From Trypanosoma brucei (Eukaryota), in assembly GCA_000002445.1 (NCBI GenBank), contig CH464491.1:3712001-3776000 (forward strand): a stretch of 64,000 nt of DNA, written 5' to 3'. Shown in pieces: positions 46,667 through 56,968 of this stretch. Every line of letters starts with the position of its first letter. Positions within the stretch are counted from its first letter, which is position 1. The notes under the pieces were generated by a model. It did not search any database and had not been told where the DNA came from. It worked only from the letters and a program-made list of their open reading frames with translations. The position numbers and the translations under genes are program-made.

Positions 46667-47078
46667 GGCACAAGGGGTAGGTAGGTGGAGTGTGTTATAA
46701 TTCTAAGGGACTGGGTTTATGTGGTGAAGAGGTCCACATAAAATGGTTAGGGTTCGCGATCTTTCCGCCGTTTGGTTGAACAGAGTGGGGTGGTAAAGTT
46801 TTTTAAAAAAGGAAGAGATGGAAATAAATCCCCACAGCCCAGTTTCCGATCCTTGTTAGGGGAGACAAGACATTGTTTGGATAACTAAACGCCTACCCGC
46901 GAGGCGAGGGTGCTTAAGTCTTATAAGTGTAGCGCCTACTTAAGAAGGTGCATATATGTGCGGGCCCGAACGCGTGAAACGGGAAGAGGAAACATTGTTT
47001 CGTGGAAAAAAGGGGAGGGAGGACATTGGTGTGCCGTTCCCTCGTTGTGAGTGGGCGATACTTGTCTGTCTCTGTATC

Positions 47079-47096
47079 TGTGTGTGTGTGTGTGTT
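47079..47096 (+). repeat. (TG)9 microsatellite in the 3' flank of XPO1
   Basis: Direct reading: tctgtgtgtgtgtgtgtgtgtttaac. Confidence 0.85.
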
Positions 47097-47510
47097 TAAC
47101 TCACTGATGTGTATGCCGTGCAGCAGAAGCGGCTTCCGTCGTTTCTCCCTTTGGCACTGTCTTGTCGTCCAAATGTGTATGGTGCTCTTCTTGTTCGTTG
47201 TCGGCATCACTTGGTACCTTCCACGGGGAAGCTCTGAAATACACTCGTGTTGATGAACATGCAGCTCATGCCTTGGTGATATTTCGTTCCAATTCTTAAA
47301 CAAGTCAGTTTCGTTCCAACTTGGTGTATGACGATGTAACTTGGTTAATACGCAGAGTTACTGGGGTTTATATAAGCGCGTTTCGGCGACCGTCGCTAAT
47401 CTTCACGCACCTTTCCCCCGTTTTGCTCCACACTTCACAGCACTTACCCTTATGTTTCTTTTCACATCTACGTCATTCAGTATAGTTTTTTTGTGCAGTT
47501 GTGCGGCTGC

Positions 47511-48551
47511 ATGACAACCGCCCTACGAGATGAGTGTTCCCCCTTACAAATGTATTCCGAACTTAACCCTCCAGTGGCAATTATGGCGGCTGTACCAGCA
47601 GCGGATATGCAACCTGCGGAAACTGATAACAAACCACGGCAGAAGTCACCGTCATCACACATTCTCGCTTCACAACTAGCATCTGCCGTCAGCACTACTA
47701 TGTTTTACCCAATGGATACGCTGCGCATTCGGTACATGTCACAAGACGGCACCATTCAGCGACAGCACAATGGACAGACGTACCGGTCTATTTACAGAGC
47801 TGTGGGTGTGATATGGAAGGAGGAGGGATTGCGTGCTCTCTTTCGTGGATGTCACGTTGCGGTATTGGGGGCTGTTGTAGCGTGGGGCGTGTACATGTTC
47901 GTATACCGCAAATTATGCGAGGTTTATAACGTTTCGTCTTTTGCAAGTAGAACTGGGATGTCTGTTGTGGCCAGCGTTACGTCGGCGCTGTTGACGACGC
48001 CTATTTGGCTCCTAAAAACTCGGATGCAGATTGAGTGTAGGGCTATGGGTACCTGTGGGAGCTACAGCGGCTTCTTCAAGGGTTTCCACCACATGCTCGT
48101 AACAACAGGCGTTCGTTCGCTTTGGCGTGGAGCGTCTGCGCAGCTCCTACTCGTTTTGCCCAATTCGCTCGGCTTTCCTATTTACGACTCGCTAAAGGAC
48201 TGCATAAACCAAAACATAATAGGGATTTCCGCAGAATCCTGTAGTTGGGTGCATGGACGCGACCTAACCGTAATAGAGGCGTGCCTTTGCTCAGTCGTCG
48301 CGAAAGTTTTTGTGGTGACCCTCTCTCAGCCATTCACGATGCTGAAGGTCCGACTGCAGGATCAACGCTGGAATCAAGGGGAGGTAAGATACATGACGAT
48401 TAAACAGTCGATTCCGCTCATCATAAGACGAGAGGGTGTGTACGGCTTCACACGAGGGTTAGCTTCATCACTGTTATACTCGGTTCCGCGTGGTGTTGCA
48501 TATTACGTTCTCTACGAGAAGTCTCTGCAGTTCTTCTCCCGCCGCGTCTGA
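47511..48551 (+). CDS. Mitochondrial carrier family (SLC25) protein, paralogue A; MFT/Flx1/Ndt-like subfamily with a P-x-W signature in repeat 2
   Basis: The ORF track start is GTG 47493; the first ATG is 47511. It has three carrier repeats: PMDTLRIRY (Px[DE]xx[KR]), PIWLLKTRMQ (PxWxxK) and PFTMLKVRLQ. The N-terminal third is nearly nucleotide-identical to the downstream paralogue. Confidence 0.85.
   Translation: MTTALRDECSPLQMYSELNPPVAIMAAVPAADMQPAETDNKPRQKSPSSHILASQLASAVSTTMFYPMDTLRIRYMSQDGTIQRQHNGQTYRSIYRAVGVIWKEEGLRALFRGCHVAVLGAVVAWGVYMFVYRKLCEVYNVSSFASRTGMSVVASVTSALLTTPIWLLKTRMQIECRAMGTCGSYSGFFKGFHHMLVTTGVRSLWRGASAQLLLVLPNSLGFPIYDSLKDCINQNIIGISAESCSWVHGRDLTVIEACLCSVVAKVFVVTLSQPFTMLKVRLQDQRWNQGEVRYMTIKQSIPLIIRREGVYGFTRGLASSLLYSVPRGVAYYVLYEKSLQFFSRRV
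47613..47905 (+). repeat. 293-bp near-identical segment (1 mismatch) shared with 49334..49626; a gene-conversion patch between tandem carrier paralogues
   Basis: Direct comparison of cctgcggaaactgataacaaaccacgg...gtacatgttcgtata in both copies. Flanking sequence on both sides diverges. Confidence 0.9.
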
Positions 48552-49267
48552 TTGGCATCCCCTTACATCATTGCCACTGGCTAATGGTCACTCCCTTAGG
48601 TATGTGCCGCTACATCGTCAAGACGCTTTGGTGCTTGTGTAGAAATTGTTACTCCCTACACAGCAACTTCATTAAACTAAGAGAGGCATTAATATTGCTC
48701 ACTTTCGCCTGAGAAGTTGTTTATCATTATTAACTTACTTGTCACTTTTTTCAGTTATCGTGCCCTCTGTTTTCATCTGTACAGTTTTATCAGTGCAGAA
48801 TTCGTTGCATATTTTTCTGTATTTTCCTGTTATCTGAAGTTACTCCCAAGTTGAAGGGAAATGACTTGTGTACTTCCCCTTCCAGCAGAGGAGGATTGCA
48901 TTGGATTGATGGGGGGGAAGGAAGGAATTAAGAGGGCATGTTTGAAGGGGGGAAATTAAAACGTTAAACATGCCATGAGTTGAGTTTGTAGTAGTCCTGC
49001 TGTACGGTACGGAGAGGTGGGGGTGAGGGGATGTGCTACGGTGAACCGCAAGGCAAAAACTAGGTGAGGGAAGGGACCCCTACACTTGATCTTCAGCATC
49101 TTTCCTCTTGCTTTGAAATACGTTGTTTCTGTCGGAAGTTCTGCGGTCTTCACCTCTCTCATCAATGTTCACTTCTATATGCGCTTTTCACTAAGTGTAG
49201 GTGAAAGCCCGGAGGTTAATTTTTTTCCCCGCGGATATTACCCTGCTTGTATAGTTAATCACTTCAG

Positions 49268-50287
49268 ATGGCACAAAGTACTGCTCGTCACGTAATGAAC
49301 ACGCCGCAGTCCCAACAGGGTCAGAACTTAACACCTGCGGAAACTGATAACAAACCACGGCAGAAGTCACCGTCATCACACATTCTCGCTTCACAACTAG
49401 CATCTGCCGTCAGCACTACTATGTTTTACCCAATGGATACGCTGCGCATTCGGTACATGTCACAAGACGGCACCATTCAGCGACAGCACAATGGGCAGAC
49501 GTACCGGTCTATTTACAGAGCTGTGGGTGTGATATGGAAGGAGGAGGGATTGCGTGCTCTCTTTCGTGGATGTCACGTTGCGGTATTGGGGGCTGTTGTA
49601 GCGTGGGGCGTGTACATGTTCGTATATCACGCGCTGTGCGACCTGTACATCCCAACAAGTAACAAAAGAGCGGGGGACGATTTCTTGTTTCGCACTGTTC
49701 TTTCCAGTATTGCCAGTTGCAGTTGCGCAGTCGTGGGAAACCCTATTTGGCTCCTAAAAACTCGGATGCAGATCGAGGAAATCGCCTCACGTGAGGCGGC
49801 AGTGGCTGGAGCTTCTATCTTTCGAAACAGCAAAAATTACACGTCATTCTTTGGTGGGTTAAGATACGCTATTCAAACTGACGGTGTTTTGTCGCTGTGG
49901 CGTGGTGTCTCCGCACAGGTCCTGCTAGGTTTACCGAACGCACTTAACTTTCCCGCTTATGAGGCACTGAAGTCGTTCTGGTTGCAGCGCACTGACCGAG
50001 AAACCCTTTACAGTTATGAGGCGTGCATTTGTTCAACAGCCAGCAAAACTGCGGTTTCGATCATCGGGTATCCCCTACACGTTGTTAAGACAAGAATGCA
50101 AGATCAGAGAAGTCGCCGAGGTGATTTACAATATGTTTCGTTTCTGCAGTCAGCCTGGCTCGTGCTGCAGACCCATGGATTTGCTGGTTTGTACCGTGGC
50201 ATGGTGCCGTCCTTGCTGCACTCAGTCCCACGTCTCGCGCTCACATTCGTTCTGTACGAGAAGTTAATGCAGCAGAATTTTTTTTAG
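49268..50287 (+). CDS. Mitochondrial carrier family (SLC25) protein, paralogue B (tandem duplicate of 47511..48551)
   Basis: ATG at 49268. The motifs PMDTLRIRY, PIWLLKTRMQ and PLHVVKTRMQ are present. The protein is identical to paralogue A over ~97 aa (PAETDNKPRQ...VYMFVY) but has a different N-terminus and a diverged C-terminal two-thirds. Confidence 0.85.
   Translation: MAQSTARHVMNTPQSQQGQNLTPAETDNKPRQKSPSSHILASQLASAVSTTMFYPMDTLRIRYMSQDGTIQRQHNGQTYRSIYRAVGVIWKEEGLRALFRGCHVAVLGAVVAWGVYMFVYHALCDLYIPTSNKRAGDDFLFRTVLSSIASCSCAVVGNPIWLLKTRMQIEEIASREAAVAGASIFRNSKNYTSFFGGLRYAIQTDGVLSLWRGVSAQVLLGLPNALNFPAYEALKSFWLQRTDRETLYSYEACICSTASKTAVSIIGYPLHVVKTRMQDQRSRRGDLQYVSFLQSAWLVLQTHGFAGLYRGMVPSLLHSVPRLALTFVLYEKLMQQNFF
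49334..49626 (+). repeat. Second copy of the 293-bp conversion patch (see 47613..47905)
   Basis: Same as above; offset 1721 bp. Confidence 0.9.
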
Positions 50288-50770
50288 ATTGGGGCATATT
50301 ATTTAATGCATACGAGGTTAAAATGTTTTGATCCTTTTCTTTTTGCACATTCGTGAACATTCATTTCACTTGTCGGAGGGTATTTTGAGCGCGCTGAAGG
50401 TGCATCGTGTGCTAACATGTAGGGGCATGTAAGCGCGGGCGTGTGCCTGCGTTGTAATGCAATGGTGACTTACCATTTGTGGTGTTGCATGTGTTTTTAT
50501 TGTAAGGTTCTGTCTAATTTGTGAAGGAAATATTGGTCTTTAAGTCAGAGATTTTCATTCGTTGGTTTGTCACACCAATTTGGTGATACCTCATCCAGGC
50601 ACAAGTTTCAGTGCCCTCATTCGATTTTTTTTTTTAACACTTATTCAGCCTTGGTGAATAGCAACTTGTAAGTAGCAGTGACGGGGGGAAGACAACGAAA
50701 ATCAGAAAAGAAAAAAAAACACAGTAAAGAAGCGAACGACGTCTTTAACTTTACTATAGCTGTAGCGGTT

Positions 50771-53581
50771 ATGTCCAAGGAGGCTCCACATCGCTTTCTA
50801 CTGGAGACGCGGTCTCAGCAGCTCCATCGTCTTGAAGCTATACGACGTCGTCGTGAATTGTTGGAGCGTGAATCGCAAAAACCTGTTCAGATGCGATTCG
50901 GCATTGGGGGAAGGGGGCCTTCATGGTCTCCACCACCACGGATTCAATCGCCTGTGGTGACAACGGTGAACGGGGTCCAGAAAAGGCCCGCTGAAACGCG
51001 AAAGGGCTTCTCATCTTGTTCCCGATGTCCACGCAGCTGCGAGCCACGGAAGGCTACCCATGTTCCACTTGTCCGCTCACGATCGGCACCTCACATGAGG
51101 CTTTCTCAATGCTTTGCAACTCGTTCCACTTCAAACCGCCGTACTTCATTAGTGCCGCCGTTCGGATCGCTCTGCAATTTGCAACAAAAGAAAGATACGC
51201 CTCCGATCAAGAGGATGTTGAAGCGACAACGTTCGCGTACAGTGTCTACTTCACCGTCAACTTCACTTACATCAAGATTCCGCAGGCGTACACCTCTGGC
51301 GAGCGCCCGCAACAAGGAGAAGATGACACCATGGAACAACTTTCCTAATACATCGAGATCGGCGCAAATATTAACTCCGCCATTGGGTCCAAAACATGGG
51401 AAAAGAGTTTCCGCCCCGCGCGAAAGGTCACCATCTCCCCTACCGTCCTCTACCCAAACCACTGCGATAAACGGGACGACACACGACGAACAACGGCAGC
51501 CTGCAGTGACGCTGGGTTCAGAAACAGTTTCATCCTCGCCTACCAACCGGTTTCCTCTTCCGAGGTCTCGGAGTGTCTCCAACGCCGAACCTAAGGAAAT
51601 GGTGAATCAGCATGTGGGATCATCCCCATTGAGGTGTGTCTCGGACGAAAATATGGAAACGGTCACCGCATTTCGCGTAAGCGAGTTCCCCACACCGCGC
51701 ACCCCTAAACTTCGTGAGAGTCTGGCCGTTTCGCTGTCCCCAGCAACTTCTCAGGGCGTGTCCATTAAGCAAGAGTTGGTGGCGGAGACTCGCATCAGCA
51801 CTGACAGTTCTCCTCCGGTCGTGAAAGAGGAGGCAACCTGCAACCCCTGTGATGGATTGTTACTGCAGTCGTCTACATGTCAGTCGGTTTTTGTGGGCAG
51901 TTCTTCCGTTCTTACCGGTGGTTTATGTGAAGTTGATATTCATCTCAATGAGGAATCAGATGCGCCCCCACCCTGTGAAATTGAAACCAGTAGGGACAAT
52001 AAGGAGACCAGGGTGAGTGCCGCGGCTTCTCCTGCTGGTGAAAGTGATATCGTTTCAATGTCTCCATCGTCACCAGGATGCAAAGCTGCAGCTGCTTGCA
52101 GACCCTCCGCCATGACGTCGTATACGTTCGATTGCAGCCCCACCACAAGTGAATTCGACGGAACCGAAATTGAGAGGAATTCTCACCGACAGCTCATGTT
52201 TGATATGGAAGAAAGCCAGAGCTCTACTGTGGCAGTTGAGGATAAAAAGAATGCGGATGGTCAGCTGCACCAACACGTTAGTGGTGAAGACGAAGAGTTG
52301 GAAAACGACAGTGACCTAAATAATCGGGAAGAAGAGTTGTGTACTCCAAGGGATAACCGCGGCGAGTGGCTACCTGATACTTTGACGCACGGACTCGATG
52401 CCTCTGCAGAGTCGGAGAAACCACATGAATGTGTGAATGCCCTCTGCACACCCGTGGATCAAATACTGTATTCATCACCGTTGTGTGAAATGGTGTCGCC
52501 ACGGCCGCAAACACCCTTGTTGCAAGTGAGAATGGAGCATAAGCTCACCATGCTCAACACTGCAGAGCGGGAAGATGAGAATTCACGCGGGAGTTTACTG
52601 TTGGTTACCGGTGAAAGTCCCATTCCTCACACACCTGTTCTACAGGAACCGCACACACCGCCTCCAACAGAGGGAGTCCCGCTATTTATTTCTAATACAT
52701 CGAATCTCCCTCGTCCTGTGACACTAATATCGGCACTTCAGTCTCCAATGAGTGCCCGTCGATTGGTCCGTCCAGTGGCTGAATCTCCTATCGGAGAATG
52801 TGCAGTGTGGAATGGGGGAAAGTGGTCTCCCCCGATGCGCACAGACTTAAATAAGGAGCCAACGGTCCAACCGCGGGAAGTAGTTGATCTAGAGCGACGA
52901 TACCTGGAGGCAGGCTCAGGACTACAAGGGGAATCGGTACCTTCGAGTTCCTCATCGCCCTGCTCCGGCTCTCGCTTTAAAAACAAAAAACTGCCTACTG
53001 ATTTGCTAATGGTTTCACATATACTTGAGGCAAGCGAAGAGGCTCACCAGCCAATAACGTCTGAGACATCGTGTTGTACACCGTCACATTCTCAGGGCAA
53101 TGATCAGGCGTCAGGACAGCTGTCAGGAAGTTCATCCACTGCACAGACCGCGGCTTCCCAACCGCGGAAGCATTATTACGAAAAAACTCACTGGGAGCAA
53201 CACCAACTGGGGACCACAGCAAGCAACATTGCGAAGGAACATCGTCGGAGTGAGAAGGTAGTAGGTAAAGTTGAGCTATGCGCCTCAAAGGTTTCAGAGG
53301 CTGTTGCTGCCTCCCTGAATTTCACAGCAGGTGAGAAAAGGGAAAGGGAAGCCAGTTCTGATACTGACCGGACTTCACAATCCCCACACATTTTGAAGGC
53401 GAATGCAGCTCCCAGCCGAGACTTACGACAAGCAGGGGCCTCTCCTCAAGGGTCATCACAATCCTCCACAGGTGACGATCCAATTGGAAGCACTACGCAA
53501 ACGAAACTTGTGTCAGAGAAACGCCACGCAAAGAAACACAGACGCCGGCGCGTTCGTCGCTTCAACAAGGGAGGAAAGTAG
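50771..53581 (+). CDS. Large S/P/T-rich, probably intrinsically disordered protein with basic N- and C-terminal tails; no recognisable domain
   Basis: The ORF track start is GTG 50678; the first ATG is 50771 (MSKEAPHRF...). It carries dozens of SP/TP dipeptides, and the C-terminus reads KRHAKKHRRRRVRRFNKGGK (NLS-like). Confidence 0.65.
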   Translation: MSKEAPHRFLLETRSQQLHRLEAIRRRRELLERESQKPVQMRFGIGGRGPSWSPPPRIQSPVVTTVNGVQKRPAETRKGFSSCSRCPRSCEPRKATHVPLVRSRSAPHMRLSQCFATRSTSNRRTSLVPPFGSLCNLQQKKDTPPIKRMLKRQRSRTVSTSPSTSLTSRFRRRTPLASARNKEKMTPWNNFPNTSRSAQILTPPLGPKHGKRVSAPRERSPSPLPSSTQTTAINGTTHDEQRQPAVTLGSETVSSSPTNRFPLPRSRSVSNAEPKEMVNQHVGSSPLRCVSDENMETVTAFRVSEFPTPRTPKLRESLAVSLSPATSQGVSIKQELVAETRISTDSSPPVVKEEATCNPCDGLLLQSSTCQSVFVGSSSVLTGGLCEVDIHLNEESDAPPPCEIETSRDNKETRVSAAASPAGESDIVSMSPSSPGCKAAAACRPSAMTSYTFDCSPTTSEFDGTEIERNSHRQLMFDMEESQSSTVAVEDKKNADGQLHQHVSGEDEELENDSDLNNREEELCTPRDNRGEWLPDTLTHGLDASAESEKPHECVNALCTPVDQILYSSPLCEMVSPRPQTPLLQVRMEHKLTMLNTAEREDENSRGSLLLVTGESPIPHTPVLQEPHTPPPTEGVPLFISNTSNLPRPVTLISALQSPMSARRLVRPVAESPIGECAVWNGGKWSPPMRTDLNKEPTVQPREVVDLERRYLEAGSGLQGESVPSSSSSPCSGSRFKNKKLPTDLLMVSHILEASEEAHQPITSETSCCTPSHSQGNDQASGQLSGSSSTAQTAASQPRKHYYEKTHWEQHQLGTTASNIAKEHRRSEKVVGKVELCASKVSEAVAASLNFTAGEKREREASSDTDRTSQSPHILKANAAPSRDLRQAGASPQGSSQSSTGDDPIGSTTQTKLVSEKRHAKKHRRRRVRRFNKGGK

Positions 53582-54567
53582 AATTGTCTAATTTCACAAC
53601 GGTTACCGTGTATATACTTCACAACCCTATAATGAACGACGTGGGATACGTCACGTGCCACACCAACAGGAAAGGGGAAAAGGTAAAATGAGAAAATGGA
53701 GTATTATTTAGTTAAACCTACGATGTCAGAGTGGTGGTGAGACGTGTATTAGTCCTCTATTTTTCACCAGGTGGCGCGGCGGTCGGTTGTACATACCCGT
53801 GACCGCGTACTGATGTGTGAAGTGAACACAGCAAAAATGTACCAGAGGAAAGGTGACCAGGGTCACGAAAACCGGTGGTAAGGAGGGGGTGAATATGATT
53901 TAGTGTATTTTTAGTAGATTCATTGTGTAACTTTACTTTTTCTCTACCTCCTTCCCTTTCTTAGAAATTATTTTCTTATTCCTATATTGACCTTTAGAGT
54001 ACCTTAATCATTACTCCGTAGTAGTGGGTGTGAGCAATTTTTAGGTCGTGGGGGTTATTTTTCCTTCATTTTACTTTCTTCAAACAACGGTGAAAGCGGA
54101 AGATATTAAGAAGTAATTCGTTGTTTTTTTTAACGAGAAATAAGGTCTGTCGAGCGCGCTGTGTAAAGCCAAAAAGTGAGTGAATGAAAGTGGACCGATG
54201 GTTCTCAGGAGTTACGATTAAAACTCGTTCGGTTGACTGTCCGGTGCTTATTCATATAAGAAGAAAATGTGGGTGCAAAATCCGCTCTTGTTCTCGATTT
54301 AATAATTCGGTAGTGCTGAAAAGCGTTCCTTGTAGTTTGTGACAACCTCTACATGATAGTTCACAGTGTTCTGTGTGGAGGAGGATACCCAACTACCTCT
54401 ATCTTATTTCGTTAAAACGGAATCGCTTGTTTTGTCTGTTATTTTCACATTTTTATGACTTATCGGCAACCACAGAGACTGTAGATATATAGTTTGCCTC
54501 TCCAACTTAGGTAGGGTCGTAGGAAGCGGTACGGGCAGAGGAGGAGGTAAATCATCGGGTAAAATCA

Positions 54568-56499
54568 ATGTTTGCCTGTCGTCGGCTACTGGGACTAACG
54601 GCAGTTGGTGCCCCGACACATGTGAGATTCAATCACAGTAACAACTCCACAGAATCAACACGAGACACCGACAAAACCGCTGCCTCTGTGGGTGACCCTT
54701 CAAAAGTAGTTTCTTCCGATTCCGCTCAAAAGCTGAATCTTTCCTTAAGGCTCACGGATGCGGATTTCGGCGCGATGGTGAAGGCCACGAAAGCGGCCAT
54801 GGCTAAGGAGAGATTGTGGAGGGACCTGACGGTGGGAAGTGAAGTGGATATCTCTAGTGAATCAGGTCCTAATGTAGCGATTATCCCCAAACACACAGTT
54901 CTGCCTAAACCCCTTGGAGACAGATCCAGTTGCTTTACAACGGTGGCTGCGGAGCCCCAGGGAGCGAGGGTAGATTTGTCAGGTGATACAAGAGACAATG
55001 TGTTGGGTAATGACAATCCTATGAGCTCTACGGTTACAAGCGCGGTTCAAGATCGGACTTTGACACCTGGAGTGCGTTATGGATTGATGGACACGCTACG
55101 GGACTGTCTCATTTCTGGGGATTGGCCAAAGTCGATGCGCATGTTTGAGTCGGCGATTCAAACTGCCTGCAATAATGGTAAGGGCGCAGAGACTTCGTTT
55201 ACCGCCATGAGGAGCAGTGACAGTGTAATAAACAATGAAATGCTTGAGGGGTTGCACCGTTTTAACGCTACGACGCCAGTAGGAAGTTTTGCAATGAATC
55301 TGGAGCGATATCGCGGCATACTTCGATGGAGTGGTGGCCACTACTACTTACTGATGAAGTTGCTGCTTAGCAGACACCGCATTGAGGAGGTGGAAAGGGT
55401 GTGGGATGTGATGAAACGCATCGGTTACGTAGAATATCGCATGAATGAGCGGACGTGTAACCAGTTAATAGCTTTGTGTCGCACAGATACAAAACAGGAT
55501 ATTGTGTCTCCACTTCTACATCCCACGAAGGAAACACATAACCGTGAGAAGGAGTTTCGCACCTCATTAGTACTGGAGTTAGAAAACTGGGCGGAGAAAA
55601 AACATGTAACGCTTAGTGGTCGCAACGAAACCACTGCACGGGTAGCCAGAGTCGCACACATGCTGAGGTCCGAGGGTTCTAAAGATGGGAAGGACGAAGC
55701 AGTGGGTTCTATTGGTCATGGGCTCAGGGTAGGTGACTTTTCCGGTCTTCTGCGGCGATGCAATAGTGAAGAATCAACTGCACGTGTACTCCAAATGATG
55801 GAGAAACTGAATGTTCCACGTGATGGCCAAATATACAGTGCCCTCATAGCCGCGCTTCGGCAACCGCATTATCAACTGTGCGGCAGTGAAGAGAATTTGT
55901 CTCAATCTGATGGAACAAAAGAAGCATACGATGCGCATCGCAAGAGGCGGCTTAAGCGTGCGCGACAGTGGTACGACGAGTGCCCTGAGGAATCCCGTAC
56001 CATTGATGTTTGCAACGAGATGCTTCTTATTACACGCGGTGGGAGTGCTGAGGATGTGGATTATGCCAACCTCCTCACGGATATCCGTGGCACCCCTTTG
56101 ACTATTTTAGGTTCTGATGATACTGGGAGTGACACCATTGCATTTTCGAAAAATGAGGGGCGAAGTAGACCGCAAATTCCTGTCCCAAGGTGGAGAATTC
56201 CACCGAACGGAAGGACGTATGAAGTAATGGTTTTGCATTGCAGGCACCATGAAGAATGGCCTGTTGTGTGGGCGTTGTATGATGAGATGATGGAGCGGAA
56301 CGTCAAGGGGACGCAACGCCTGTATCAGATGCTGCTGGAAATTGTGCAGCGGCACCCTCCTTGTGGACGGGACAGAAACACGGTGGTTTTAGAACTGTAC
56401 GAAGATATGAAGCGCTTCGGTTTGGATGTGACCGATATCAAGAGTACAGCTAGTGTCGTGAATTCTTGGTGTGCTACGCGACGCAAAAGACGGTGGTAA
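54568..56499 (+). CDS. Mitochondrion-targeted helical-repeat (PPR-like) protein
   Basis: The N-terminus MFACRRLLGLTAVGAPTHVRFNHS is presequence-like (Arg-rich, no acidic residues). Repeated ~35-aa helical units of PPR character occur: YSALIAALRQ, YEVMVLHCRHHEEWPVVWALYDEMMERNV, VVLELYEDMKRFGLDVTD. Confidence 0.6.
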   Translation: MFACRRLLGLTAVGAPTHVRFNHSNNSTESTRDTDKTAASVGDPSKVVSSDSAQKLNLSLRLTDADFGAMVKATKAAMAKERLWRDLTVGSEVDISSESGPNVAIIPKHTVLPKPLGDRSSCFTTVAAEPQGARVDLSGDTRDNVLGNDNPMSSTVTSAVQDRTLTPGVRYGLMDTLRDCLISGDWPKSMRMFESAIQTACNNGKGAETSFTAMRSSDSVINNEMLEGLHRFNATTPVGSFAMNLERYRGILRWSGGHYYLLMKLLLSRHRIEEVERVWDVMKRIGYVEYRMNERTCNQLIALCRTDTKQDIVSPLLHPTKETHNREKEFRTSLVLELENWAEKKHVTLSGRNETTARVARVAHMLRSEGSKDGKDEAVGSIGHGLRVGDFSGLLRRCNSEESTARVLQMMEKLNVPRDGQIYSALIAALRQPHYQLCGSEENLSQSDGTKEAYDAHRKRRLKRARQWYDECPEESRTIDVCNEMLLITRGGSAEDVDYANLLTDIRGTPLTILGSDDTGSDTIAFSKNEGRSRPQIPVPRWRIPPNGRTYEVMVLHCRHHEEWPVVWALYDEMMERNVKGTQRLYQMLLEIVQRHPPCGRDRNTVVLELYEDMKRFGLDVTDIKSTASVVNSWCATRRKRRW

Positions 56500-56968
56500 C
56501 CACCTGATATTACCCATCTTTTGCCCTCTCTCAGATTGATATCTCCACTGTGATGGTTAGGTTGTAACGGAATGTTGGGTGCCCCGGCTTGAGGGAATTC
56601 GTGCGTGACTGTGTGTGGTAGCACACCACAAAGTAAATGAGATCCTCCTTGCGGCGCTGAAATTTGTTGCATTGCAATCAACGATTTGGTTTTTTCTGAC
56701 CTATTCATCTCTAAATCATTGTCTCCCGTTATTTCATCTACCTGACATATATATATATATATATAGCTTTTCTCCGTAGCGCCACCTCCCTCGTAGGTTG
56801 GGTCATTGTAAGGATACCTGGTAACCGCTTGTTTGCGCCCGCCAGGTGTTGTTGGATAAACCGGGCACGTGTGTGTGTGGCCTTAGGCATCTTAGTTAAG
56901 TTCTTGGATAATCTGTTGGCTGTTACGTCAGTGTTTTCAACTGGCTTTCGCCTTCCAAAATCGCAGAC

